In this document: in pieces, positions 35,965 to 44,556 of the stretch | How positions within the stretch are numbered: the stretch's first letter is position 1 | Layout of the letters: the number at the start of each line of letters is the position of its first letter | Origin: Oscillospiraceae bacterium | GTDB taxonomy: Bacteria; Bacillota; Clostridia; Oscillospirales; WRJC01 | Reading direction: 5' to 3' | Assembly: GCA_009783265.1 (NCBI GenBank) | Contig: WRHM01000009.1 | Span: 29,339-93,338, forward strand | DNA: 64,000 bases | The notes under the pieces: generated by a model | The model's input: the letters and a program-made list of their open reading frames with translations, nothing else | What the model was told of the DNA's origin: nothing | Database searches by the model: none | Position numbers and translations under genes: made by a program

Positions 35965-37717
35965 AAATATCACCCCTTTTCCCAATCTGCGATATATAAA
36001 TATCATAATAAACAGGGCATGATTTTATTAATTCGTCATGCGGGCCGAATCCTGCCTGACTGCCGCTGTCCAATACAAGAATTTTATCACAGGTCATAGC
36101 AGTATTTACGCGCTGCGTGATTAAAACACAGGTCATATTATTTGAAAACTGTCTTATAGCGCGCCTGACTTTTGCCTCGGTCATTACGTCAAGCGCGCTT
36201 GTGCAGTCGTCAAGAACCAAAATCTCAGGTTCGCGTATCAACGCCCGCGCAATAGATAAACGCTGTTTTTGCCCTCCGGATAAATTCACGCCGCTCTGGC
36301 CGATAATTGTCCCGTAACCGTCCGTAGTTGCCAAGATAAATTCGTGAGCTTCGGCGGCTTTGGCGGCTTCTTCTATTTGAGCGTCCGTTGCGTCTGCTTG
36401 ACCCCACAATATATTTTCTTTGATCGCGCCGGTAAAAAGAGACGCAGTCTGCGGAACGATTGCGATTTTACTGCGCAGGATTGCCTCGGGCATTTTATCA
36501 ACAGGCGTATCTGATATGCGGATTTCCCCGTGCGACGCGTTATAAAACCTCATAAGCAAAGCGGCGAGAGTGCTTTTTCCCGAACCTGTCGGACCTATAA
36601 TACCAAGAGTTTCGCCTCTTTTGACAGAAAAATTCAATCCAGAAAGAGCCGCCTGTCCCGTTGAGCCTCTATATTCAAATCCGACGTTGTCAAAAATTAT
36701 ATGCGAGTCTGACGTTTTGTAAAATTCCCCTCCGGGGAGGGGTGGCAACGCGCCAGCGTTGACGGGGTGGTCCGAAATGTCAACGTCAAAAACTTCGCGT
36801 ATGCGTTCGTGCGAAGTTTTTACCCTTACAAACATATTGAGCACATTTGAAATCATTCCCAGACTGTTAAGTATTTGCGTCATATATGTAACAAACGCCA
36901 TAATTTCACCAACGTGCATATTATTCATGTCAATCCAGTTAGCCCCAAGAAATATAATCGCGGCAATGCCGAAATTTACGAATAATGCCATGCAGGGCGA
37001 TAATATCGCGAGAACTTTTCCTGCTTTTATAGTATTATCCGCAAGTTTATCATTGGAATCCGAGAAGCGTTTTTCTTCTTCGTCAAAACGCCGGAACGCT
37101 TTGACTAATCTTATGCCCGCGAGATATTCGCGCATTGTAGTATTGAGTTTGTCTAACGCCCGCTGTACTTTGGCAAATCTGGGATATGTCATTTTCATGC
37201 TCAGCGCAATCACAAATCCGACAAGCACGATAACCGGGGCTATAACAGGCATTGTCCTGTAATTTAAAGTCGCCGCCATGATAACCGCGCCGACGCACAT
37301 AATCGGGGATTTAAAGAAAACGCGCATCATTCCGTTTGTGAAATTCTGCATTTGGGTTATATCGTTTGTCATACGCGTCACAAGAGAGCCGCCCTCGAAT
37401 TTATCCATTTCTTCGACTGATAGAGACTGAATCTTGGCAAACATATCGTGTCTTAAATCCGCGCCGAAATTCTGCGAGGCGACAGACGCAGATATATTTC
37501 TGGTAAGCGCGAAAATTGCCCCGGCTCCTGTTATTGCGAGCATTATAAGCCCTGTGGTTATAACATAATTCAAGTCCTGTTTTACCGCTCCGTTGTCAAT
37601 TAACCGCGACATAAACCGCGGCTGCAGCAAATCGCATACCGCTTCGCACGAAACACAGAATACCGACAGGAAAAACAATAATTTATATTTTTTCCAGTAT
37701 TTTTTTAAATACCCCAA
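35957..37717 (-). CDS. ABC exporter, fused permease/ATPase (heterodimer partner A)
   Basis: GPTGSGKST, LSGGQKQR and ILVLDDCTSALD, with an N-terminal 6-TM domain. Confidence 0.9.
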   Translation of the reverse strand: MGYLKKYWKKYKLLFFLSVFCVSCEAVCDLLQPRFMSRLIDNGAVKQDLNYVITTGLIMLAITGAGAIFALTRNISASVASQNFGADLRHDMFAKIQSLSVEEMDKFEGGSLVTRMTNDITQMQNFTNGMMRVFFKSPIMCVGAVIMAATLNYRTMPVIAPVIVLVGFVIALSMKMTYPRFAKVQRALDKLNTTMREYLAGIRLVKAFRRFDEEEKRFSDSNDKLADNTIKAGKVLAILSPCMALFVNFGIAAIIFLGANWIDMNNMHVGEIMAFVTYMTQILNSLGMISNVLNMFVRVKTSHERIREVFDVDISDHPVNAGALPPLPGGEFYKTSDSHIIFDNVGFEYRGSTGQAALSGLNFSVKRGETLGIIGPTGSGKSTLAALLMRFYNASHGEIRISDTPVDKMPEAILRSKIAIVPQTASLFTGAIKENILWGQADATDAQIEEAAKAAEAHEFILATTDGYGTIIGQSGVNLSGGQKQRLSIARALIREPEILVLDDCTSALDVMTEAKVRRAIRQFSNNMTCVLITQRVNTAMTCDKILVLDSGSQAGFGPHDELIKSCPVYYDIYISQIGKRGDIYE

Positions 37718-37874
37718 ATATTTTCAGCCGCCTTTCCCGTTTATAAAAACTAAATTTATTTTATCATATAAAAATATTAATAAATATATATAAAATTAAA
37801 ATTTATTTGAATTTTTACAAGCACAACAAAAAAAGGCGAGCCATATTTATTTATAGCCCGCCATATAATATTAT

Positions 37875-39248
37875 TTATTTACCAAAGGCTTCCGCCCTGT
37901 CAAGCGTTACAAATATCCTGAGCATGTCGTCGCTTAATTGCAGATTGCCGCTTTCGTTGCCTTTTAAATAGCCTTTTTTTGTCATTTTATTTATAGTCGC
38001 TCTCGCCCATTCCGGCATATTGCCGTCGACCCAGCCGTATTTGACTTTTGAGTTATTCGTCCATTTGTCTAAATTTGTCTTTATGCTACTTATTTCTTTT
38101 TTCAGCTCGTCATATTCTTTACTCACCAAATCCACCCCGTTCTGTTCTGAATTTATAATTTTTTTACCCTCTAAATACGGCATAGGGTCAACATAATATC
38201 CGTTATCCCATGCCATGCTGTTTTCTTTCACGGCAAAATGCAGGTGTATGCCGGTGCTGTCACCTGTCGTACCCATTACGCCGAGTATATCGCCTTTTTT
38301 TATTTTTTGCCCTTCTTTGACCCTTACGCTGCCCGCTTTCATGTGAAAATACCGCGTCAGTATTTTATTTGCATGGGATATTGACACGCTATAGCCGATA
38401 AGAGACCCGACTAACGTGCTTGTTACAGTGCCGTCTGCGGCAGCCTTTATATATACATCCTGAGTTTTTTGTTTCCCGTCCCTGTCAATTAAATCAACAC
38501 CGTCGTGCGCCGGACGCTGAGGCGTTCTGAAAGCGTTCCCCGCGCCTGACAGTATTTCGCTATCTGTCGAAATTACATGATTTATTATTTTATTGCCGAT
38601 TATATTCGTTGCAATATTAACAGTATTATTCGCGTTATTATTCACAACAACCGGTTTAGCTAAATCTATATAGCCCCAGTTCATATCGACATTGCCGGAT
38701 ATCCCGTTTATTTTGCCTGTGCACGAATGCTGCCACACGGCGACGCGGCTGTCTATCGCAGAGGGCTTTGCCGAAGTATAATGCGCCTGCCATAATAAAT
38801 ACGGCACCCTTGCCATATCGACATAATTATTTCGCCAGTTGGTGTTTATATATAACATCGGCGTATGCCCTGCTGATTTTATAGCCTCGCAAAAATTTAT
38901 TATCATATCCGTTATGATTTTTTTGCCGAGTGCAGTCTGGCTGTTATCTTCAACGTCAAAAGCCGCCGGATAATCCAATTTTTTGTTTTTTAATAAATTC
39001 AGCATAAAATCGGCTTCCTGTTTTGCCTGCTGGGCGTTTAAAGCATAACTGTAATGATACGCGCCGACTTTTATCCCAGCCGCTTTTGCGTTATTATAAT
39101 TTTTCTCAAAATACGGGTCTGTATAATTCGTCCAGTATCCCGTGCGTATAAAAGCAAATTCAACCCCGTCGGACTTTACTTTTTTCCAGTCGATTTCGCC
39201 CTGCCATTTGCTTACGTCAATCCCTTTTATCTGTGTTATCTGCGCCAT
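37875..39248 (-). CDS. Bifunctional cell-wall hydrolase: GH25 muramidase + M23 peptidase + C-terminal SLH-like motif (endolysin-like)
   Basis: GH25: GIDVSKWQGEIDW...FAFIRTGY. M23: HDGVDL...GDSTGIHLHFAV. Tail: WARATINKMTKKGYLKG. Start MAQITQ has a GGAGG RBS. Confidence 0.8.
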   Translation of the reverse strand: MAQITQIKGIDVSKWQGEIDWKKVKSDGVEFAFIRTGYWTNYTDPYFEKNYNNAKAAGIKVGAYHYSYALNAQQAKQEADFMLNLLKNKKLDYPAAFDVEDNSQTALGKKIITDMIINFCEAIKSAGHTPMLYINTNWRNNYVDMARVPYLLWQAHYTSAKPSAIDSRVAVWQHSCTGKINGISGNVDMNWGYIDLAKPVVVNNNANNTVNIATNIIGNKIINHVISTDSEILSGAGNAFRTPQRPAHDGVDLIDRDGKQKTQDVYIKAAADGTVTSTLVGSLIGYSVSISHANKILTRYFHMKAGSVRVKEGQKIKKGDILGVMGTTGDSTGIHLHFAVKENSMAWDNGYYVDPMPYLEGKKIINSEQNGVDLVSKEYDELKKEISSIKTNLDKWTNNSKVKYGWVDGNMPEWARATINKMTKKGYLKGNESGNLQLSDDMLRIFVTLDRAEAFGK

Positions 39249-39576
39249 TTTGATTATTACCTCCGTTTTTATCAATTTCATTAATATCATTTTTTAATCC
39301 TGTCATTTTCACAAAAATCCTGCTTATTATATCAATTCCTTTCGCCCCGAAATTACCCGCAATCCCGGCAAAACAAAACGCCACGTAAGCATTTAATCCC
39401 TGCCATTCGTAAATGCAAAATATCAACGCTCCCGAAAATGCCGCGCTTACCGCTTCGATAACCAGCGCGGAAAGATTCAGCGATTCGCCTGTTTTCGTAT
39501 TCAGCCATTTGACGCATGAGCCAAACATCGCAAACAAAGCGAGCCCGACCGCTATAAATATATCCTGTTGTTCCAT
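39217..39576 (-). CDS. Holin-like small membrane protein (3 TM, charged C-terminus)
   Basis: Start MEQQDIF is preceded by GGAGGGGAGGG. Has 3 hydrophobic helices and an acidic/basic tail. Its 3' end overlaps the endolysin start by 32 nt. Confidence 0.6.
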   Translation of the reverse strand: MEQQDIFIAVGLALFAMFGSCVKWLNTKTGESLNLSALVIEAVSAAFSGALIFCIYEWQGLNAYVAFCFAGIAGNFGAKGIDIISRIFVKMTGLKNDINEIDKNGGNNQNGADNTDKRD

Positions 39577-39617
39577 TATTCTAAAAACCCTCCCCTCCTT
39601 TTTTACAGGGTCTGTTA

Positions 39618-40256
39618 TTAATATTTTCGTCTGCATAATAACGTCACAGTACTGACAATAAATACCGCGGATATAATTATAAGCGAAACCGCGCCATAAG
39701 TTATCCATGAGCTTATTCCGGTATTTACCGAATATTTTGACACGCCGATTACGGCAAGAAACCTGCCGCTCAGATTTTTATCCGTCGGGACCCACCGGTA
39801 ATATATATAAAAATCATGCGCGTCCGTGCCGTCTTTGTCAAAGCATACCCATATTTCCCCGCTCTCGTTTGTTTTGACTTCACGGATAAATTCCGGGTAG
39901 CTTTCTATATTAAAATTAAACGAATTATCGTCAGATACCGACGTCTGTTGCTCATATTTGGATATACTTTCTAAATTTTCGTCGAACAACTCTGCATAAA
40001 TACCATCTGTCGAATCCATTTGCATTATAACGCCCGACAGAATTTTTCCGTAGTTATGCACTTCCCAGTTATTTTCCAGTTCGACAAACCTGTCGATTTC
40101 ATCGCAGATCAAATCAACGTCGAATCTTTTATCTATAATTTTTTCCTGCATAAGCATATCGTTGACGTGTTCTATCGCAAAATAAAAATAGCCGCAGAAT
40201 GCGGCAAGCACCGCGAGCGCGGCGGCAAATAAATATTTTCTCCAGCCTTTTAACAT
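39618..40256 (-). CDS. Hypothetical bitopic membrane protein (TM - about 150-aa extracytoplasmic domain - TM), sensor-like, no output domain
   Basis: N-terminal TM (LFAAALAVLAAFCGYFYFAI) and C-terminal TM (ITYGAVSLIIISAVFIVSTVTLL). AGGAGGGG RBS. Lies directly upstream of the holin. Confidence 0.55.
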   Translation of the reverse strand: MLKGWRKYLFAAALAVLAAFCGYFYFAIEHVNDMLMQEKIIDKRFDVDLICDEIDRFVELENNWEVHNYGKILSGVIMQMDSTDGIYAELFDENLESISKYEQQTSVSDDNSFNFNIESYPEFIREVKTNESGEIWVCFDKDGTDAHDFYIYYRWVPTDKNLSGRFLAVIGVSKYSVNTGISSWITYGAVSLIIISAVFIVSTVTLLCRRKY

Positions 40257-40440
40257 ATATGTTTTCCCCTCCTTTCAAATATAATAAAAAATAATTCAAA
40301 ACAAAAAAAGGCAGTCCGCGACTACCTTTTCATATTTTTTCATGATACTATTATATCACGTTTCGAATAAACATACTATTACATTTATAATCATCTTTTT
40401 TAAAATCATCAAAAAATTTTTAATATTCTAATAAATAAAA

Positions 40441-41460
40441 TTATAAATTATATACGCTTCCGACATTGTCTTTAATCACAGAATTTATATGCCCGCCCCA
40501 GTCGTCGATAAGCCCCGTCATGCCGCCGCTGTGAAACACGTTTGACGTTACGGCGCTGTTTTCTAAATTCGCAAGCCTCAGAGCGTAATTCGGAGTCCAT
40601 TCGCCTTTGCCCCCGTCGTCGCGGCCGACGTTCATAGTGTTCCCCGTAAAAGTCAGGCCTTTGCACCCGTCGAGAATGCACTGCGCAGAATCGGCGATGC
40701 CGCCCTCGAATTTGCCGCTCCTGTAAATCACGTTGCCCGTGCATGAAACAACCGAAGTGCCTTTTAGATTTATAGCCGCCGAACCCGACCTGTCAATATA
40801 ATTCCCGGTTATATTATAGTGGTTCCCGCCGTCAAGAACAATTCCGCCGCGTTTGTTCCATTCTATCCTGTTGCCTGTCATCGTGACTGCCGCGTTTGGA
40901 CCCTGAGAGCCGAATCCTGCCCCGCTGTTGCCTGAAAACCAGTTATCTATGACAAAACCGTCCCAGCCATTTATTGCAAGTCCGTCGCCGCCGCTATACG
41001 CAAACATACAGTGCCTTACACTAAAACACCATACAAAATCAAGAAATACGGCATGAGAATCAAAATGCGCGATGCGGCAGTTTTCTATTCTGTATGCGTC
41101 TTCTTCTTTGCCGTAGTCTTTTTTACGCGAAAGTATCCCGGCGCAGTTGCCCTTTCCGAGACCTTTCATCGACAATCCGTCAATCGTTGCGCCGTTTGCC
41201 TCTGTTATATCAAATATGCATCTCTGATTTTCGTCTTTTTGAATAATAACGGCATTGCCCGGCCTGTCAAGCCTGTATCCCCATGAATAATCTGATTTTA
41301 TGTAAACTTCGGGCTTGATAAATATTTCGCCGCACAAATATTTTCCCTCGCTTATATAAAGAGTCTCGCCTGTCTCGTGGGCTTTGTCAACGGCTTTTTG
41401 AAACGCAGTAGTATCATCGGATATTCCGTCGCCTTTTGCAAAAGTTTTTATATCAAACAT
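40441..41460 (-). CDS. Right-handed parallel beta-helix protein (pectate-lyase-3 / polysaccharide-depolymerase-like)
   Basis: N-terminal GDGISDDTTAFQKAVD motif and repetitive G/N-rich beta-helix rungs. Confidence 0.7.
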   Translation of the reverse strand: MFDIKTFAKGDGISDDTTAFQKAVDKAHETGETLYISEGKYLCGEIFIKPEVYIKSDYSWGYRLDRPGNAVIIQKDENQRCIFDITEANGATIDGLSMKGLGKGNCAGILSRKKDYGKEEDAYRIENCRIAHFDSHAVFLDFVWCFSVRHCMFAYSGGDGLAINGWDGFVIDNWFSGNSGAGFGSQGPNAAVTMTGNRIEWNKRGGIVLDGGNHYNITGNYIDRSGSAAINLKGTSVVSCTGNVIYRSGKFEGGIADSAQCILDGCKGLTFTGNTMNVGRDDGGKGEWTPNYALRLANLENSAVTSNVFHSGGMTGLIDDWGGHINSVIKDNVGSVYNL

Positions 41461-41502
41461 GAGTTTATCCTCCCTTAAATTAATTTTATATATTTTTATA
41501 TT

Positions 41503-42636
41503 TTATATATTATACATTTTATCATAATATTCTTTGATTTTATCCAGACGGTTTTTAAACGCGTTATATAATCCATCAGAATTTTCGCGCATTGTTCTTT
41601 GGGTGTTCGTGAATGGGTTTACTTTTGTCGCAGAGTCCACTTGTTCTATCCATTTTGCCGGAATAGACAAAGTTCCGGTCAGCGCGCCCGAAATCCCCGC
41701 CGCTATCGCCGTGACGCAATCCGTGTCGCGCCCAAGATTTACACCCGCGATTATTGCCTGTTTTAAATTTCCGTTGACTAACTTAAATATACACACAGCT
41801 TTTGTCACGACTTCGTTTGCGTAACTCATGCAATACGGCATTCCCGTACCGTTATATACAGAATCAAAAGCCTTGCGTAAATCCTTGAAATCTTTGCATT
41901 TTTCAGTTATTCTAAGCCCCGCTTCTATTTCATCGATTATATTTATACCCGCATAATCCGCATACCAGTTTTCGCGCCCCTCTACGACTGCACGGGAATC
42001 GCAATATTTAAAAATATCAGCAATTACGCTGTCAACCGTAGCGTTTGATTTAGTTGCGGCGGCAATTCCCACAGCCGTGACGCACGCCCATTTCAGCCCT
42101 CTGCTGTTTGACGTCTGATATAACTGCCCGACTTCAAATATATCCTCAGCCGCAGACGCGGGATCGCCGGCGTTTATTAACCCGATAGGGTGACATGCGC
42201 GGGCAAAACTGTTAAGCCCGGCGTAATCGCAGTATTTGCCTATGTCCCTTGCGGGGATTTTTGATTTTGCTATGGCGAGAAGCTCACCCTCAAAAGGCTC
42301 GGAAACATTTCCCGGAGCTTTGGGATTTATCTCTGTGCGCCATACTGCCCTTACGTCTTCGGCATTCACCCTGCCGCCTTTTTTAATAATTGCCGTAATC
42401 ATCAGTTTCTGGCGTTCTATGCCATCCTCTGTCGTACCAGCGTCGCGCACCCAGCCGTTGTTATAATGTTCATAAGGCAATAACTCTTCGAGAGTTCCGT
42501 ATTTTTTCTCCACAGATTCATAAGGCCAGCCCTCAACAACCGCGCCCATAGACGAGCCGATATGCGCCCCGCATATACACCCGTAAAATTTTTCTCTTAA
42601 TTTAATTAATTCAATACCCGAATTATTTTCCGCCAT
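41503..42636 (-). CDS. ADP-ribosylglycohydrolase family protein
   Basis: GAHIGSSMGAVVEG..., TTEDG and GRDTDCVTAIAAGISGAL motifs. Confidence 0.8.
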   Translation of the reverse strand: MAENNSGIELIKLREKFYGCICGAHIGSSMGAVVEGWPYESVEKKYGTLEELLPYEHYNNGWVRDAGTTEDGIERQKLMITAIIKKGGRVNAEDVRAVWRTEINPKAPGNVSEPFEGELLAIAKSKIPARDIGKYCDYAGLNSFARACHPIGLINAGDPASAAEDIFEVGQLYQTSNSRGLKWACVTAVGIAAATKSNATVDSVIADIFKYCDSRAVVEGRENWYADYAGINIIDEIEAGLRITEKCKDFKDLRKAFDSVYNGTGMPYCMSYANEVVTKAVCIFKLVNGNLKQAIIAGVNLGRDTDCVTAIAAGISGALTGTLSIPAKWIEQVDSATKVNPFTNTQRTMRENSDGLYNAFKNRLDKIKEYYDKMYNI

Positions 42637-42680
42637 AATATAATCCCTCCTAAAATTAATATATAAATAAAATATTTATA

Positions 42681-43586
42681 TCATATAATAAATCTCACGG
42701 CGTCTTTAATTATCTCAAATGTCATCGGGCTTTCAAACTCAACAAGATTGCCGTCAAGATTTATTATTTTTTTGCCGTCGAATTCCAGTTTTAAAGACGA
42801 GCAGTTGACAAACGAAACTTCTTTTAGTTTTGAGTGCTTCCCTGACTTGACTTTTGGGAACATCGCAATAACTTTAAATTTCGGCATCTTTTTTATTTTG
42901 CATAAAGTCATATAGCCGTCGTTTATAATTGCGGGAGGACAGATACGCATATTTCCCCCGTAATACGCTCCGTTGCAAATAGCAAGCAATACATATTTGC
43001 CCGTTTCAGATTCGCCGTCCACAGTCATTGTCATTTCCATTGGCTTATAAGTAAAAACATTTTTAATCAGCGAAATAAAATACGCCCCTCCGCCCATAAA
43101 TTTTTTCAGGGGGAGCGCGTCTTTTAAAACCTGAATGTCTATGCCTGTGCCTCCTATATTAAAAAAATAATTTTCGCCGTTTACGCTTACAGCGTCAACA
43201 TGAATAATTTCTTGTTTAATAATTTTTTCCGTGTAAAAAATTATTTTTTTTTCAAAATCAGAAAACTTTTTTGCGTTTTCCGGCATTGTCATAGGGATTG
43301 AAAGTATCAGGTCGTTTCCGCTGCCTGCGGGAATAACGCCGAAATTTATATTTTTATTTATAACCAAACTGACATATTCCTGAATAGTCCCGTCACCGCC
43401 GACGCAAATTACAGTTTTCGCAATATCAAAATCAATAAGCCCGGAGACCCGCTCCAAATCTCCCGGAGATTCCGTATAAATAAACGAATATTCTGCGTTA
43501 TGCCCGTTCATGATTCTTTCTATAACCGGGATCGCTACCTTGGCTTTGCCGTTGCCGGCTTTGGGATTTACGATAAAATAAATCAC
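42681..43586 (-). CDS. Diacylglycerol/lipid kinase family protein (YegS/DagK-like)
   Basis: NPKAGNGKA, GGDGT and GSGNDL motifs. Confidence 0.85.
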   Translation of the reverse strand: MIYFIVNPKAGNGKAKVAIPVIERIMNGHNAEYSFIYTESPGDLERVSGLIDFDIAKTVICVGGDGTIQEYVSLVINKNINFGVIPAGSGNDLILSIPMTMPENAKKFSDFEKKIIFYTEKIIKQEIIHVDAVSVNGENYFFNIGGTGIDIQVLKDALPLKKFMGGGAYFISLIKNVFTYKPMEMTMTVDGESETGKYVLLAICNGAYYGGNMRICPPAIINDGYMTLCKIKKMPKFKVIAMFPKVKSGKHSKLKEVSFVNCSSLKLEFDGKKIINLDGNLVEFESPMTFEIIKDAVRFII

Positions 43587-43701
43587 GCGTTTGTCCCCTT
43601 AATTTTATTATATTGCGATTATTTTAGCATATAATAAATTAATATTCAACATTAAAAAATTAAAAATATAAAAATTATATAAAAAAATTTTCAAATACCC
43701 C

Positions 43702-43730
43702 TTGACAAATAATATTATATGATATATAAT
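43702..43730 (+). promoter_or_regulatory. Consensus sigma-A promoter (TTGACA-17-TATAAT)
   Basis: Perfect hexamers with a 17-nt spacer. It contains the ATG that the ORF track used as the start. Confidence 0.7.
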
Positions 43731-43790
43731 ATTATTGCAAAAAGAATAATAATTATAAAAACAAAATTAAGAAAGGCAGGGCATATAAAT

Positions 43791-44555
43791 TTGAACACTA
43801 AAAATATTATTTTAACCACAAAAGATTTATGCAAAAATTTTCGTGCGGGAACTCAGGAACAGCAGGTACTGAAAAACCTGAACATCAACGTATATGAAGA
43901 AGATTTCACAGTCATTATGGGAGCGTCGGGCGCGGGAAAATCTACACTGTTGTATGCGCTTTCGGGTATGGATAAAATAACCGGCGGCTCGGTCAGCTTT
44001 TTTGATACGCCAATAGAAAATTTAAGCGCGGACAAACTGGCGGTCTTTCGCAGAAAAAATTGCGGTTTTGTATTTCAGCAGATGTTTTTGCTCGACAATA
44101 TGAGCGTACTTGACAATATTCTGGCTTGCGGACTTTTGGCAAGCAGGGACAAAAAAACAATTGTTTCATACGCGAAAGAAATGCTCGAAAAAGTAGGGCT
44201 GACCGAAACTATCTGGAGAAAATTCCCCACGCAGCTTTCAGGCGGCGAAAACCAGCGCGCCGCAATCGTGCGCGCGTTAATCAACAAACCAAGAGTAGTA
44301 TTTGCAGACGAGCCTACAGGTTCACTGAATTCTGCGTCAGGTAAATCAGTCCTTGATGTTCTGACAGAAATAAATAACGGCGGTCAAAGCATTATAATGG
44401 TAACTCATGATTTAAACTCGGCAAGAAGGGGCAATAGAATATTATACATACGCGACGGGGTTATATGCGGCGAATGCCTGCTGGGCAAATATGTGAGCGG
44501 CGATGAAGAACGTCATGAAAAATTACAGGCGTTCTTATCTGAAATGGGGTGGTAA
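43791..44555 (+). CDS. ABC transporter ATP-binding protein (MacB/FtsX-type partner)
   Basis: GASGAGKST, LSGGENQR and VVFADEPTGSLN. Start reassigned to the in-frame TTG at 43791 after GAAAGGCAGGG, because the ATG at 43719 lies inside the promoter. Confidence 0.85.
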   Translation: MNTKNIILTTKDLCKNFRAGTQEQQVLKNLNINVYEEDFTVIMGASGAGKSTLLYALSGMDKITGGSVSFFDTPIENLSADKLAVFRRKNCGFVFQQMFLLDNMSVLDNILACGLLASRDKKTIVSYAKEMLEKVGLTETIWRKFPTQLSGGENQRAAIVRALINKPRVVFADEPTGSLNSASGKSVLDVLTEINNGGQSIIMVTHDLNSARRGNRILYIRDGVICGECLLGKYVSGDEERHEKLQAFLSEMGW

Positions 44556-44556
44556 C

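Noticed and set aside
37875-39576. The holin-endolysin pair could be evidence of a prophage.
   Set aside because: No other phage-type genes (terminase, portal, capsid, tail, integrase, repressor) lie within about 20 kb on either side. It is reported instead as an orphan lysis-like module.
43719-43790. The ATG at 43719, given by the track as the start of the ABC ATPase.
   Set aside because: That ATG lies inside a perfect TTGACA-17-TATAAT promoter, and the encoded N-terminus (MIYNIIAKRIIIIK) is not ABC-like. The in-frame TTG at 43791 with an upstream purine-rich RBS fits better.
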